Positions 12,884-25,399 of a stretch of 64,000 nt of DNA are shown here, one piece after another. Within the stretch, counting starts at the first letter, position 1. Each line of letters opens with the position of its first letter. The stretch is from positions 5,666,944-5,730,943 of the forward strand of contig OZ316894.1 in the NCBI GenBank assembly GCA_973895155.1. The letters are read 5' to 3'. A model generated the notes under the pieces. It had not been told where the DNA came from. It did not search any database and worked only from the letters and a program-made list of their open reading frames with translations. The stretch comes from Marsupella aquatica (lineage: Eukaryota; Plantae; Marchantiophyta). The translations under genes were made by a program, and so were the position numbers.

Positions 12884-13794
12884 CTCTACACCTAGAGACC
12901 AATCCAGCACAATCCAGCAATTCCACTCCAGTCCACTCCAGACTAGGCCCGGAATCAGATGCACCTATGTTGCAGTCCAATCCACCGCCTCGGCAAAGAA
13001 TTATCTCCCAAAGGACGGATTGAATTTGCTTATTTCATCGCCGACTCGTTCCAAGGAGTCAGTAAGGGTACCGGCACGAGAAACGAATCGAGATACAGAG
13101 AAATCCTCTGTACAAAATCGATCAAAGTCACGAAACAGACGATCATGAAGCCGTTCCTGTTCACAACACAGGAATCCAAAGTCTTCCTGACCGTAATGGA
13201 GTCATGATTGTGGCAAACCTAGTAAGAGAGGGCAATCATGGCTGCTAACTCTTCACCCTCCGATTCCACAACCAACTGCTCCAGACCAGGACCAGCTCCA
13301 AATCAACCGACAAGAGAGTCTCAGACAGAAGCGTGTTAGCTCGAGTGACAACAGTAGAATTCGAAGCCCATCAACGGAATTGAAAGTCTTCCTGAACCTA
13401 GCTGGATGTCATGTGGCAAATGTAGAGCGAGAGAGAGAGACCAGAGAGAGATCGCTAATTTCTTCACTCTCCCATTTCACAAGTGCTCCAGCAACATCGG
13501 TCAATGAACCATCGACGGACGAGGGTCTCCGAGCTCTGAGGGGGAGTGAGTGGCTCGAGCGAAACCGGAATTCGAAAGGCGACGGAGCCCAAAATCGGAA
13601 AAGAGAAAGCGCGCCACAGATTCTCACACTTTCGGAATCGGAAAGAGAGAGAATCACGCACAGACGAATGAATGAGTGAACAGCAGTGAATGGCCAGAGC
13701 ACGGGTAGGAGGAGTTCTCGAGAGACAACGTGTAATGTGGGAGAAGAGTGTCTGGACCAGAATAAAGTGGGAGCTTCGTGGTGGCGAGAAAAAT

Positions 13795-14057
13795 ACCCAC
13801 AGACCCCATTAGCCTGAGCTATTTTTCTCTTCACCCACAGGCCCCATTAGACCCCATTAGCCTGAGCTATTTTTCTCTCCAACCACCGACCCCATTAGCC
13901 TGAGCTATTTTTCTCTCCAACCACAACCCCATTAGCCTGAGCTGGTTTTCTCTTCACCGAGAGACCCCATTAGCCAGACCTGTTTTTCCTCTTCACCCAC
14001 AGACCCCATTAGCCAGACCTGTTTTTCTCTTCACCCACAGACCCCATTAGCCAGAGC
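13795..14057. repeat. Minisatellite, ~38-40-bp unit (GACCCCATTAGCC..TTTTTCTCTTCACCCACA), ~7 copies
   Basis: Directly visible tandem copies between the upstream region of the DUF3172 gene and the L1 3' end. Confidence 0.93.
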
Positions 14058-16012
14058 CTAGGGAGGTCTGTAAATGCGGTACTGAATACCCTTGCGTAAC
14101 CACTTCTCGACGTTTCTCACACAGACCCCATTTTTTTATTTTTTTATTTTTTTTTATTTTTTTTCAAGGGACATGAAACTTTATTCCAAGGAGAAACGGG
14201 AACAAAAACCGCCCAGGAGAGGGGGGGCAGGAAGAAAAAAAACAATTAAGGGGGCCAAAAGAGGGGGCACACCCAGAGAAGGGAAAGGACCAAACCACTA
14301 CATCCAGTCCAGTTGCCTGAAGAGGAAGGAGGCAACCCAGGGGCGCAACCCCCAAGATCCGAAAGCAATCTACTATCGACCATGGTGCCCAGCTGGCAAC
14401 CCAGAAACAGTCAAACACACAAAGAGCGGGACGGCCTCTCGGAACCATCGCAGACGAGTCCAACCCCGCCTCCCACCAACCCAGAATCTCGGCCCCAACA
14501 GTCAATGAAACCCGCGGGACCCAACAAAGAATCCCATAACGCGTCTGCTCCCGTACTGTAGTCAATATAGGAAACTCATCCAAAGGAGCTGAGATCATGC
14601 CGCCTGTCCGCACTACGAATCCAGCCAGGCTTCGCAGCCTCTGATAGTTAGAGAAGAGCAAGGGAGACACTCCCAATCCCTGCTGCACCTCCGCAACAAA
14701 CTCCCGATTGCAGATGAAAGTCGTAAATGTCTGCGAGAATGCCTAGGTCCCGCTGGATGCCAAGAGAATCAGAAAAGAATCAGGGGGATTCTCAAAGGCT
14801 TAACCTGATTTATTCTCAATTTGAAGCTTGTTAATGCTGAGAAGAGCTCGGCTGGGCATACTGATTGAGGAGGTTCATGAGACCAGTGAGAAGTAGATCT
14901 TCGAGGAAAGTCAGATCACAGAGTGAGGAGATGAGTCCAAACAGAAGCACATTTGATGAATCCATTCCACCGACCATCCACTGCACTTGCAATGATACGG
15001 CTGGAGATCCGGGTGACTGATTCGGAGCTCCGCCAAATATGAGATTCACGGGAGGACCAGATGCAGCCGAGATTGGGTCAGTGGAGAGAGGAGCCGGCGT
15101 AGGTCCGAGACAGTTCCAACGAGCACATCCTGGAAAATGCATATAATGGCGATCTCAGAAAGGTCGAAGAAGACAAATTCAGATCGGTCCAGCTAGAGAA
15201 TACTGATACCAAAATTTGTATGCGCTATGAGATGCTTTTCTACATGCTAAGAGACCAACCTAAAAGATCAGAACAGATACTCGGCCGAGGCATAGATCCG
15301 AATATGTGTTAGAGTCAATATAGGCACAGGAAGAGACTATACGTGTCAGCCGAATCACCGAGAGCCATCCTGGAAATGAATGATCTTGTGGAATGCAGTT
15401 CCGCTGGAGAGGTAATCCAGTATCCGGGATGACCACACCTACCATTCCGAATGAGATGGGTAGGTTGGAGGACATTGGAGTGGCCGAGGCGAGAGTCCCC
15501 AAGATGGAGCCCGGAAACGCAGAGGGGGAGAGAGAAGAGCCGCTCCGATGCTGTACCTCGTTGTTCGAATAGCCGACTGCATCGAGGGAGGGATCGACAA
15601 CTGGTGAGATCTCCTCAGATGATACTAACAACCAAAGACTGTAGGAGCTGATGATATTCGTCATGGGAGGAACGCAGTCCGAGAGGTGCCACTAGGCCGG
15701 GATTCGGGAATGGGAGTAGCGAGAGGAGGGGGACTAGGATTCTGCACTGATACAACAGGATTAGGGAAAACTGTGATTGAGGGGATATTACGAACCAGGG
15801 GAGTGAATACAATGGTAATGATGTCAAAATCAATGACCACGTATCCATCGACGCAACATAGGGAACAACGTAGGGAGGCGAAGGAGACAAAATGGGGAGA
15901 GAAAAGAACCATGGAGACCAATAGAAAAAGAAATTGTGGGTTGAGCCATGATGAAAGAAAGCCATACGGAGCCTGCGTCCCAACCCCCGAGAGCAGAAGC
16001 GCAGAGACGAGG

Positions 16013-19000
16013 TTAGGAGTCTAAAGGTGAGGAAAAATGTTGTCTCAGAGAACGGCTGCACAAAGGACTTGAGATATATTTCTGAGCATAACGTAGCCGA
16101 GCCTTTTTGACCTCAGAGTCCGAACATAGTGCAACCGCGAGGATGTGCTGAGCAACAGAAGAAGCAGCTGCAAAAGGGGAAAATATAAGAGATTGGCCCC
16201 GAAACACCTTGGCGTTACGATTTTCCCACAGGAGCCACACGGATTCAAACACAACAAAAAGCCAAGCCGAATGCCTAGGAGAGCGACCCAGAGAAGAGTC
16301 CAACAGAGATATAAAGGAGGATCCCCCAAGCAGGAGGGAGAGGGCCGGCACCCGCTCGTAGAATCAGGCCGTTTGATTCCATGCCATGATCGCCTGAGGA
16401 CAATGGAAAAATATGTGGTTATTATCCTCCTCAGCGTCCCTGCAGAATGGACACATGCCGTCTCCATGCCCGCATTGTAAAGCTCGTTTCCCTGTAAACA
16501 ATCCGGCAACCAGAACGCGCCAAAGGAAAATTTTCCCTCTATTAGATAAATCTGAGCGCCAGATCCTCCTCCATCTCCTCTGCCAGGCAACTTCAGAATC
16601 CAAGACTCCCCATCTGGTGTTTAGGGAACCGGGATCAGCAGTGGAATTGTCAATGAATATGTATGCAATACTACTATTGAGAGAACGGGGGTAGGGGTGA
16701 TCGACTAGGCCCTTCCAGTGCCACTGAGATTCAACAAATGAGCGATGAAGGGATGGCGGGGGTCCGCTTTGGAGCAGCATAATGAAATTGGATAAAAATT
16801 GCATTGTTATATTCCCAACTCCCCGAGCGCGAGCAATTCTGCTAGAGAAGTCAATCCAAATCCCCAAATCCCAGTCCCATAGGTCTGCGACAGAAGAGAG
16901 GTTAATACGGGAGCAAGTGCTGAGGAGGACAGGAATAGCCGAGGCAGGAAACACATATGATCGGAGAGAAGTAAAAAGAAGATCGGCCATTGTCCACCTG
17001 GCTGGAACTTCAGTAGAATCAAAACTCCAGCGCAGATGCGGCCGGATCTGAGTCCATGCCAGCCAAAGTCCCACAGTGTAAGTCATACCCCTAAAGCTTG
17101 TTGGATTGGAATATAAAAATTTGTTCATCATGGTGTATCCGGAATGACGTAGGCTAACCGAGTTATTCCATGCAGCCAGCATGAGGTTGGCTGAAAATAG
17201 AGCCGCCCACTCAGAGCCTGGGTCCGTCAACATTCTGGTTGCCCACCGGGCAAGAAGAGCAGTTGCCTGCTTTTTAATATCTTTGAAACCCAGACCGCCA
17301 TTTTGCTTTAGTCCGCACATCCGGACCCAGGATACAAGAGGTGTTTTCCTTCCACCGTCACGATTAAATCCCCACAAAAAGTCCTTGCAAATTTTTTGGA
17401 TCAATTCCGAGATTCCGCCTGCAAAATGAGAGTACATCATGTGGTAGACAGTCATCGAAAGCAGTATTTGTTTTATAAGGATCACCCTACCCGTGAAGGA
17501 AAAAAATTTGTTGGACCAACTAGCAATTCTCTTTGTTAATTTCGAGGTACAGAAATCCTGGATTTGTTGCTTAGAGAGATTTTGACCCAGCGGGGCACCT
17601 AAGTAGCTTGTTATCTGGCCATGTGAGATTATAATACACTCCGAGTCGGCCAACCATTGCGGGATCCCTTCCATGCAGAATGTAAGAATTTCCGTTTTCT
17701 TAAGGTTCAGGCGAGCTCCTGCAGCCAGTTCGTATAGTTTCATCTTTTTCTTTACTTCACGAAAGCATCCTTCTTGAGCAGGAGTGAAGACACCTAGGTC
17801 GTCTGCAAAGAAACGGTGAAATATAGTTAGATCGTTGTTTATTCTAATGCCATGTACTTCACCTTTAGAGAGAGCTGCGTCAAAGTAAGCCATGAGAGGT
17901 TGTGTTGATAGTGCAAAGATAAGAGGGGCGAGGGGACAGCCTTGTCTAACCCCTCTCATCAATTGAATTGGTTCAGTGAACAACCCATTCACGTGGACCT
18001 TGGCGGATGCTTGATGCATGAGGCCCATAATATTCCGAGTGAGTGTGGTACTGAGGCCCAAGGTAAGCAGGGTCTCTCTGATGTATTGGTGATTGACTCT
18101 ATCGAAAGCCTTGGCAAAGTTCATTTTCAGGAAAAGTGCCGGAACATGGTTAGTGATGAGCCAGTCACAAGTCAACCATGCCATCGAAATGTTGTCCAAG
18201 ATCTGGCGCCCAGGAACAAAACCCGTTTGATGTATATTAACCATTTTGGGCAGAACACGACGAAGACGGTTAGCAATTAGTTTCGCTACAATCTTGTATG
18301 CAATGTTAAGAAGGGTAATCGGTCTCCAGTTGGTGAGCGTAGCGCGGTCATTGGATTTAGGGACTAACTTGATAACTCCTTCCAAGAAACCCAGGACCAT
18401 TATTCCGTCATCCCAGAATGAAAGAATCATGTCCAAAAAGGCCGGAGCAATAAAATTCCAACATGCTAGAAAGACCTCAACTGTGAGCCCATCAATGCCC
18501 GGCGCTTTATCTTTCTGAAGTAGTTTTGCTGCGGTGAGAAGCTTAGTAGCTGATGGGGCCACATCTAAAAAAGAAGATTTTGCGGCAGATAGGCATGAGT
18601 TAGCATAGCGGAGGATTTCCTTCCTAGCTGCTATATTCAGAGATGAATCAGGGCCATCTGGAGAATAAAGGATCCGGTAGAAGTTCCCTACCTCACTGAG
18701 AATCTCATTCCTATCTGAAGTAATGGAGTCATTATTGAGCCTGAGATGTGGGATGGAGGCACGTTGCTGTTGTACTCGGACAATATTAAAAAAGAACTTA
18801 GAAGATGCATCTCCAACACCAAGCCATCGAATCCTAGACTTTCTCCTCATTTCAATTGCTTCCGAGAATTCGAAGTCGCGCAGTGTGGTTTCTGCAGAAC
18901 GTAGGTCAGACAGGTAGTTCTCCGAGCAGGGAGAGTCAGCAGTCGTACGCATGAGATGGACTCTTGCTCTTAGTCTACTTTCATTTGATTGTTTTTCTGT

Positions 19001-19942
19001 TTTTTTAGATTGAATTTCCATATACATTCGGCGGAGGCGCTTGCATGCAAGAAGGAATGCGATCCTTGGATCATCAACATGGGAGGATGAGGCAGACCAG
19101 GCGGTCTTTAGCTTGTCCATGTATTCTGCGTTTCTCAGAACCCAGGGGCTGGCCTTAAAATAAGTGGATTTAACAGGCTCATTCGGATCATGAGCGGACT
19201 GATTAATAATCCCTGAGAAGGATACAGGATAGTGGTCCGAGAGGGGACGATCATGGTGGTGTTGGAGCGAAATGACTTTATCCATCCAAGCGCCTCGGTT
19301 GCTAATGTAGAACCTGTCAAGACGAGACTGGGCAATCCCCATTATAGAATTCCGTCTCCAAGTGAAACGGGACCCTGGGACATCGCCTACCATATTGTAT
19401 ATATCGTACAAGTCAAACTTACATTTCAGCTCACACCAGGTGGTTAGTTCAGAGCCTGGTAATAATGATGAATGCCCCGCGACTGAATCTATGCTTTTTT
19501 CCGTCATGTTGAAGTCCCCTGCAAAAATCCAGTTCCCACCTGGGAGGTTTTCAGAAAGGTGTTTCCACAGGCGGGTGCGAACTGATGGCTCATTGGAGGC
19601 GTATATTCCAACTATTCCCAAGTCTCCGTTATTGCTTTTTAGTTTAGCCCAAATAACGCTACTAATTGGTGAGATGCCGGAGTAGAGGATCCGAAGAGAG
19701 GGGTGCACCATCATTGCAGCTCCCCCTTTACCTGAGTCTGGAGGATCGATAATAGTTTGATATCCTGGGAGCAAGAAGGTCAGGGCGGATAAAAGACGGA
19801 ACTCATCCGCCTTAATCTCGAGGAGTGTTAGTACATGTAGAGTATATTTGAGGTCTTTAATCCATTTTTGAATCACGTATTTCCGGTTGGGGTCGCATAA
19901 TCCAGACACATTCCAGACAGCCAGATTGATTTGGTTAGTCAT
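16013..19942 (-). pseudogene. L1 ORF2: APE endonuclease, reverse transcriptase and zf-RVT; one premature stop
   Basis: APE motifs WNVSGL, LLEIK, GDFNM, SRLDRFY, SDHYPV. RT motifs KAPGIDG, WRPITLLN, QTGFVPGR, GVRQGCPLAP, FFADD. Zinc finger CPFC...HIFFHC. An in-frame TGA at 16366-16364 is followed in the same frame by the typical L1 C-terminal WLLWENRNAKVF segment ending at 16013. The first catalytic Asp reads Asn (LKMNFAKAFD, codon 18121-18119). Confidence 0.92.
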
Positions 19943-20209
19943 TACTTATTCTGTGTAATCAATCAACAATTACTATTCCTATTGGTATTCTTGTTATACA
20001 AAGTGCTAGTCAGCCGGTGGAGGAGGGCAGACCTTAGATCTTGTCCTGATTTGTTGATATGGATCCTGTTATCGTTTCGTATTCAGAGCTTGAAGAGTTG
20101 CTGTCGCAGTCGGTTTCATCATCCATCGAAGTTGATTCCCCTTGTGACTTGTACCCCCTGGTTGTGTCTCCCAATATCTGGTTGTATAGAAGTGTGGTGT
20201 ATGCATTTC

Positions 20210-21844
20210 CTACGAGCCTTGGTGTCGATACTGCAAAAAGAGAGTGTACCTTCTGTTTTTTTTAATGACCTTGTTTCCTGTTGCTCGAATCATCTGCTTG
20301 ATTCTTCTAACTGGCTTGGTTGTCGTGGATTGAGGCGGTGACTCAATTCCGCTTGGTAGATTGTTGCCCTCTAGTTGGCTTCGCGTAGGGTCCACATCCG
20401 ATGGGTCTGGAATCAGAGAATCCAGTTCTTCAATTCTCTTTTGGATGGGTAATCCCTCAGAGGCGGGTGGTATTGGCATGGGATAATTGTATCCCACTGC
20501 CTGCAAGTTTTTAGTGGGTATACCTATTCCTCCGATAGAGAATCGGCGGAATCCACTAGATCCGGCTCGGAAGAGGAGGGAGAGGTCATCTGACTCCATC
20601 TGATGATTCTTCCTATTGATCGAATAGATAGAATGAGCGACTGCGTGTAGCTCCGGAAGTGATGGGGCCCGAGATGATTCCCGGTTCTCGTCTATTATAT
20701 TGTATGGAATCTTAACAGCCCTCGAGGTGAGGGCGTGAGCAGGAGTTGGGAGCAGTCCCCCCTGATGGAAGGCTGAGTGGAGCGACTTTTGCGGATCAGG
20801 AATCGCCAACTCTTTGTGGTGTTGGTTACTACCTGAACCATTGGCTTGCGATAAGGGGTCCGAGATGAACTCACCCTTATGATTTGAGGTTTCATGAGGG
20901 GTATCCTGTTCTATACTGTCTAGAGGTTTTGTGCTCGAGCATTTGGAGCCTACGTGCCCCAATGCCTTGCAAAGGTGACACACAAACGGAATGTGTGTGT
21001 ACTCAATGTGTTGATGAATTGTAATTGGATCCGAGCCTGCCTCACCTTGCATGCGAATAATCATTACCTCTGGCAGCGGCTGATTCATATCCCAGAGGAT
21101 ACAGGCACGATCATGCGGGGATGAGGAACCGTCAGAAGCTGGATAATATTGGAGAATTTCGCCCATTCTTTCGAACATCTGTTTCCCGCTTCCTTCCAGT
21201 GCTAACTCTCGATATCTTAATTCTGCCCAAACAGGCATTCTTCCCAGGAAGGTCGAGTGAAGGGAGAATGCGGGGTCCCATGGTGCACAATACACGTACT
21301 GATTTCCTAGGTACCATGGTGAACTACCTAGTGCCATTTTCTTGTGCTCAGCCGAGTCAAAGGTTACCAGAAAGAAGTTCTTCCCGATGAACTTAGTACT
21401 TTTTAGTTTCCACTTCCTTTTGAACCAGAGTTCATATTCCGACCACTTCAGGAATTGTTGGTACGAGGGTACTCTTCCCGCAAAGAAAAACAATACTGCT
21501 TTGGAAATGAGCTCATTCACTGTTCTGGATGTTTCGCTTATACTTACCTCTACCTGAAGTGTTACCTTCGAGTTGTCATCCTTGTGGACTGATGCCGATA
21601 GAGAGCTAATTGCAGCTTTGCTCTCAGGTGAGATTGACCAACGGTTGATGTTTTCGGTTACCGTGTCGATTTTGTTCGTGGTGTCGCCTGCTTCATCCCT
21701 CATCTGGTCTTCGGCTCCTCGCACTTCCATTGAGGTCCTTGGAATCTCTGGTTCTCCTGCAGTTCCACCCGATAGCTGAGTTTGGTTGTCTCTTCTTGCA
21801 CACGTCTCCCCTTCCGCCTTGAAGATTTCACTCAGTCTTGCCAA
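20210..21844 (-). CDS. L1 ORF1 (DUF4283/RRM-like domain plus CCHC zinc knuckle)
   Basis: 544-aa ORF (first ATG at 21730) containing KFIGKNFFLVTF...ALGSSPWYLGNQYVYCAPWDP...PVWAEL, typical of plant L1 ORF1, and the knuckle CHLCKALGHVGSKC. It sits immediately upstream of ORF2. The C-terminus may be frameshifted at the A-run near 20260. Confidence 0.85.
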   Translation of the reverse strand: MARLSEIFKAEGETCARRDNQTQLSGGTAGEPEIPRTSMEVRGAEDQMRDEAGDTTNKIDTVTENINRWSISPESKAAISSLSASVHKDDNSKVTLQVEVSISETSRTVNELISKAVLFFFAGRVPSYQQFLKWSEYELWFKRKWKLKSTKFIGKNFFLVTFDSAEHKKMALGSSPWYLGNQYVYCAPWDPAFSLHSTFLGRMPVWAELRYRELALEGSGKQMFERMGEILQYYPASDGSSSPHDRACILWDMNQPLPEVMIIRMQGEAGSDPITIHQHIEYTHIPFVCHLCKALGHVGSKCSSTKPLDSIEQDTPHETSNHKGEFISDPLSQANGSGSNQHHKELAIPDPQKSLHSAFHQGGLLPTPAHALTSRAVKIPYNIIDENRESSRAPSLPELHAVAHSIYSINRKNHQMESDDLSLLFRAGSSGFRRFSIGGIGIPTKNLQAVGYNYPMPIPPASEGLPIQKRIEELDSLIPDPSDVDPTRSQLEGNNLPSGIESPPQSTTTKPVRRIKQMIRATGNKVIKKNRRYTLFLQYRHQGS

Positions 21845-24800
21845 TCCGCCGTTGTTTTGAGTTTTCAGATTTCAATTGTTCTCGTTCTCAGATCGACTCG
21901 CTTGGATGTTGGATTGTTAAGTTTTTGAATCTGCGTTTGTATAGTTGGGACGTGCCTACTTTCCCCCTATTATCGTGGTGATTTTTGTTTCGTACTTTCT
22001 CTGGGAAGTCTCTTTCTTCGTTTGATTCCTTCTGTTGTACTTGCTGGCGTCGCTTGGCTGTGCTTCCTGAAGTGACCGTTTCTTTTGATTCCTTCTGCAG
22101 TTCTTGTTATCGTTGCTTGGCTGTGATTCCTGTTGTATTCATTTCGCAGTTTTCTGACTTCTTAGGTACCTTCTTGTTATACTGTCTATTCTTCCGTCTA
22201 GTATCTTCTGACTTCCTTGTTTTTCTTCTTGATTTCCTGTTGTTTCGTTTTTTCCTTGCCCTTTGCATTTTTCCTCCGCTTCTTGTTTGTGATCCTTCTG
22301 TTACTTTGGTTCTTGTTTTTGTCTGCTGCTTCTCTCTTTTTTGTATACCTCGTGTTACTTTAGCTCTTACTGTATGGTCACTTTTGGACTCTACTTCCGC
22401 TGTTGTTGCTTCTTTTGCCTTGCTCTTTATGACTTCTGGCTGTATTGTTTATACTTAGACTTGGTTCTTGGATCTTGTTTCTGCTGTTCCGTTGTTTTTT
22501 GGTGCGAGTGTTATAAGTATTCTCTGATCCGATCTTTAGACTATCTTGATTATTTCCTCTATCTTATTTTTGTTTCTGTAGTCTGCATATTCCTTTAGCA
22601 CGCCTGTAAGCATTATAATAGGATATTGCTTATTTTCCGAAAATGAGAGTTCAAAAACTAGATACTTCTTGAACTTGCGTTGTTACTTATCTTTATCGGG
22701 ATTGTTGTCCTTTTTTCGTTCTCCGGAGTTGAAACCGGAGCGCGGATGATTTTCTCTCTTTCTTGCGACAGTCCATATTCTGGATCCTTCTTTCTTTCAT
22801 CCGTCTACTTCCGTTTTCTTAATCTGCTTCCCTATTTCACGTAGGTTGTGCTTCCCTGTTTACTTAGGATCTGCTTCCCTATGCACTTGTGATCTGCTTC
22901 CCTTTTAACGTTGGATGTTGCGTTCGAAATGCTTCTCTCTCTGCCCGTCTTCACCATCTACTTGCTTACTATTCACAATTTCTTTTTCCATTTCGCTCTC
23001 CCTTGAGGCGTCGATCTTCCTCCTTCTGTGTGGCTTGCTTTCCTCCCGTCCTTCGCTGTTTGTTGCCCTCCATTGCTCGCCGTCCTTCATAGCTCCGCCG
23101 TCCGCCATAGCTCCGCTCCGCCTATTTTCCGGTCAAACCCCATAACTGTAACGAAAAATACATAACTGTAAAGAGGGTCAAGCACATTTATGGATAAGTG
23201 CACAATTTCTTCCACTTACAAACACTGATAAGTGCAAGTCATTTTCATATGGACTAAATTTGCACTTATGAAGTAGGGGCACCTTTGGGGCATCCAGAAT
23301 GAAGTCACAAGAGTGTCGACTGACAGAGGGCCAATTGCATTGAAATTATTGCAATTTTTTAAGTATTTGCAGTTATGTCATTTCTCTCTCAAAAAATTCT
23401 CAAATTTGAGAAACGCTAGGGCAAAAATAGGGTGGACATGGAACACGATTGCATTCTGTCAAAATATTCACCTCTAGCCAAAAAGCACTCAGCTTTTATT
23501 TGAGACAACGATGTCAAGGCAAAGTATGTCCAATTGCAACAGGGTGTTGAGCAACATAGAATCAAAATAACCTTTTCCACAAAGGTCTGCACCCATTTCG
23601 AGAGTCTGCGAAGTCTAAAGCTTTTCTTCAACACAACATTTATCCACGTATCTCAACAGATTTTAAACTAGATCCAATGGGAAGATGGTCACTTGGGTGA
23701 CTATTATTTGGAAGACCAGTGACAACATCTGGAGCATCTCGAGGTGGGAGTGCAAGGAAGCTTTGAGGTGTCTGGTGTCTGGTTTCGGGTGTGTGGTGTC
23801 TGGAAGGAATGAAAAAGATGTAGTCTAGAGTACCAACAAAAATTTTGAGTGTAATTTGTGCAGGAGGCTCTTTGTCTACGTAGACACATAAACCCTCTAA
23901 AGGTAGAGGAAATTTTCCAGCAAATCCTGTCACACATCCTCCGTCACTTAGGCCAAGCCCTACATCTGCACTCTTTTCTCGTGAAATTGAGAGCCCTTCT
24001 TCTAGAGCCTCGTCCAACCTCCACGGCCTTGACCTTGAAACCCTGACCAACACCTGATGTGCCATAATTGTAGACCTGCACATCTTGGTCTCTAAACGTA
24101 TCTGTTAAAATGTAAAGAAGGGTGTGACAAGAAGGGCAACCTTAGTGAGTTCTAACAGGATAAGCCAGCTTGAGGTCGTTAATTACATATCGAAAGAAGC
24201 AGAATATGAATTTTAGCTAAGAGGGTTATCATGATTGCTCACTGTATCGCCCGGTAAAGAATTGAAATCACCAGCAACGGAAAGGAGAGGCTCAACATCA
24301 AATGCTTCTGCAATCCTAGTTTGAAAGGCCTGCAAGATATCTGACTTGGGCTAGCTTGACATCCATCAGAACGGGATCCCTGAATTAGGGCAACAATCCC
24401 TACTGAGGAGCTATTCCGAAGTAGCTCTCGACAGACGACATTCCATTCTCCATTCTCACCCCTCACATTTAGATAGTCGACCAATACAACATAACAGCAG
24501 GCAAACTTGTCTGCTCGGTACGAAGACGAAATACCAAAATATGTGGGTATTTGCAACAATGAGAAATCGACTAGGGGCGTCAACAGTTCTGAAAGCTGCA
24601 ACGATGTCAACACAGTCACGCTGCAGCCTAACACGATCATCGGTGGTGGTGGTGGTGGTGGGTTGGGTTCTGAACTCTCCAACCTCGCTGTGCTCAGGGC
24701 TAGAATGGGGAACAGAAGAAATAAGGGGTCGGTGGACATGGAACAGGAGGGTCACAGCAGGTGCGTAAACTTCTGAGTCGGAGCTTCGCTTGAGATGACT

Positions 24801-25399
24801 CTCACTCCCCCATCCTCTTCTACTGAAGCAGCAGCTCCAGAGATGAAGGTGTCTCTCGAGGTCATTACGAAGGGTGATTTTTCTATTCTTAAGCAGGTAA
24901 GGTTAACGAATTTGGTTTCTCTCTCAAGAATAAATTTTAGTCGTAACCATGTCTAGTTGTCGAAGAATGAAACGCGAGTGTGTTCAAACTTTTATACTCC
25001 CATGAGCTTTGGCGCGAAAACATGCTTCTACGCATTATTTGGATAATCTATGATGATCCGTATATTTATTCGATTTCAATGTTACGCTGTGACAGGAAAT
25101 CTCAGGAGTTTCACTTCCACAAAAATGGCATATCACGTGTGACGAAGGATAGGGTCATTTTATTGGTTCTAAGGGAAGACTTAAAAATTTTTGTAGAAGA
25201 ACAATAGAGTCTTTCAAATTCAATTTTGAGACTTATAAGACTTATAAGAACATTAGGGTCCTTTTAATTCAATTTTTAAAATATTCCAAGAATATTCCAA
25301 CTTTATAGGGGTTAAAAAATAAATTTTTTTTCTTACATTTTAAGGGGTCCGAGACCTAAAAACGTCGCAGGCGATGGGGAGGTCCCCATATAGTGAGAC

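Larger units (their letters stand above)
14132..23136 (-). mobile_element. Apparently full-length L1-clade LINE retrotransposon (~9.0 kb)
   Basis: ORF1 and ORF2 lie in tandem on the minus strand. An interrupted poly(A) tail (T-rich on +) spans 14132-14164, preceded by AATAAA (TTTATT on + at 14180-14185). ACCCCAT occurs at both 14125-14131 and 23137-23143 as a probable 7-bp TSD. The 5' end is GC-rich with a GCGGAGCTATG repeat. Confidence 0.9.

Noticed and set aside
13795-14057. Regularly spaced repeats as a CRISPR array
   Set aside because: Whole units repeat in tandem with no unique spacers, there are no cas genes, and the context is eukaryotic.
15266-15289. U2 snRNA-like words on the minus strand (CTCGGCC + AGTATCTGTTCTGATC) inside the L1 3' region
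   Set aside because: The intervening U2 stem and branch-pairing segment is missing and similarity does not extend; this is compatible with chance.
19940-19944. TAATG as coupled ORF1 stop / ORF2 start
   Set aside because: ORF1 and both alternative frames terminate well upstream, so the TAA does not close ORF1 in this copy.
21985-22598. Hydrophobic plus-strand ORFs (and similarly 48855-49343 on -) as membrane proteins
   Set aside because: They are artefacts of T-rich retroelement UTR sequence.
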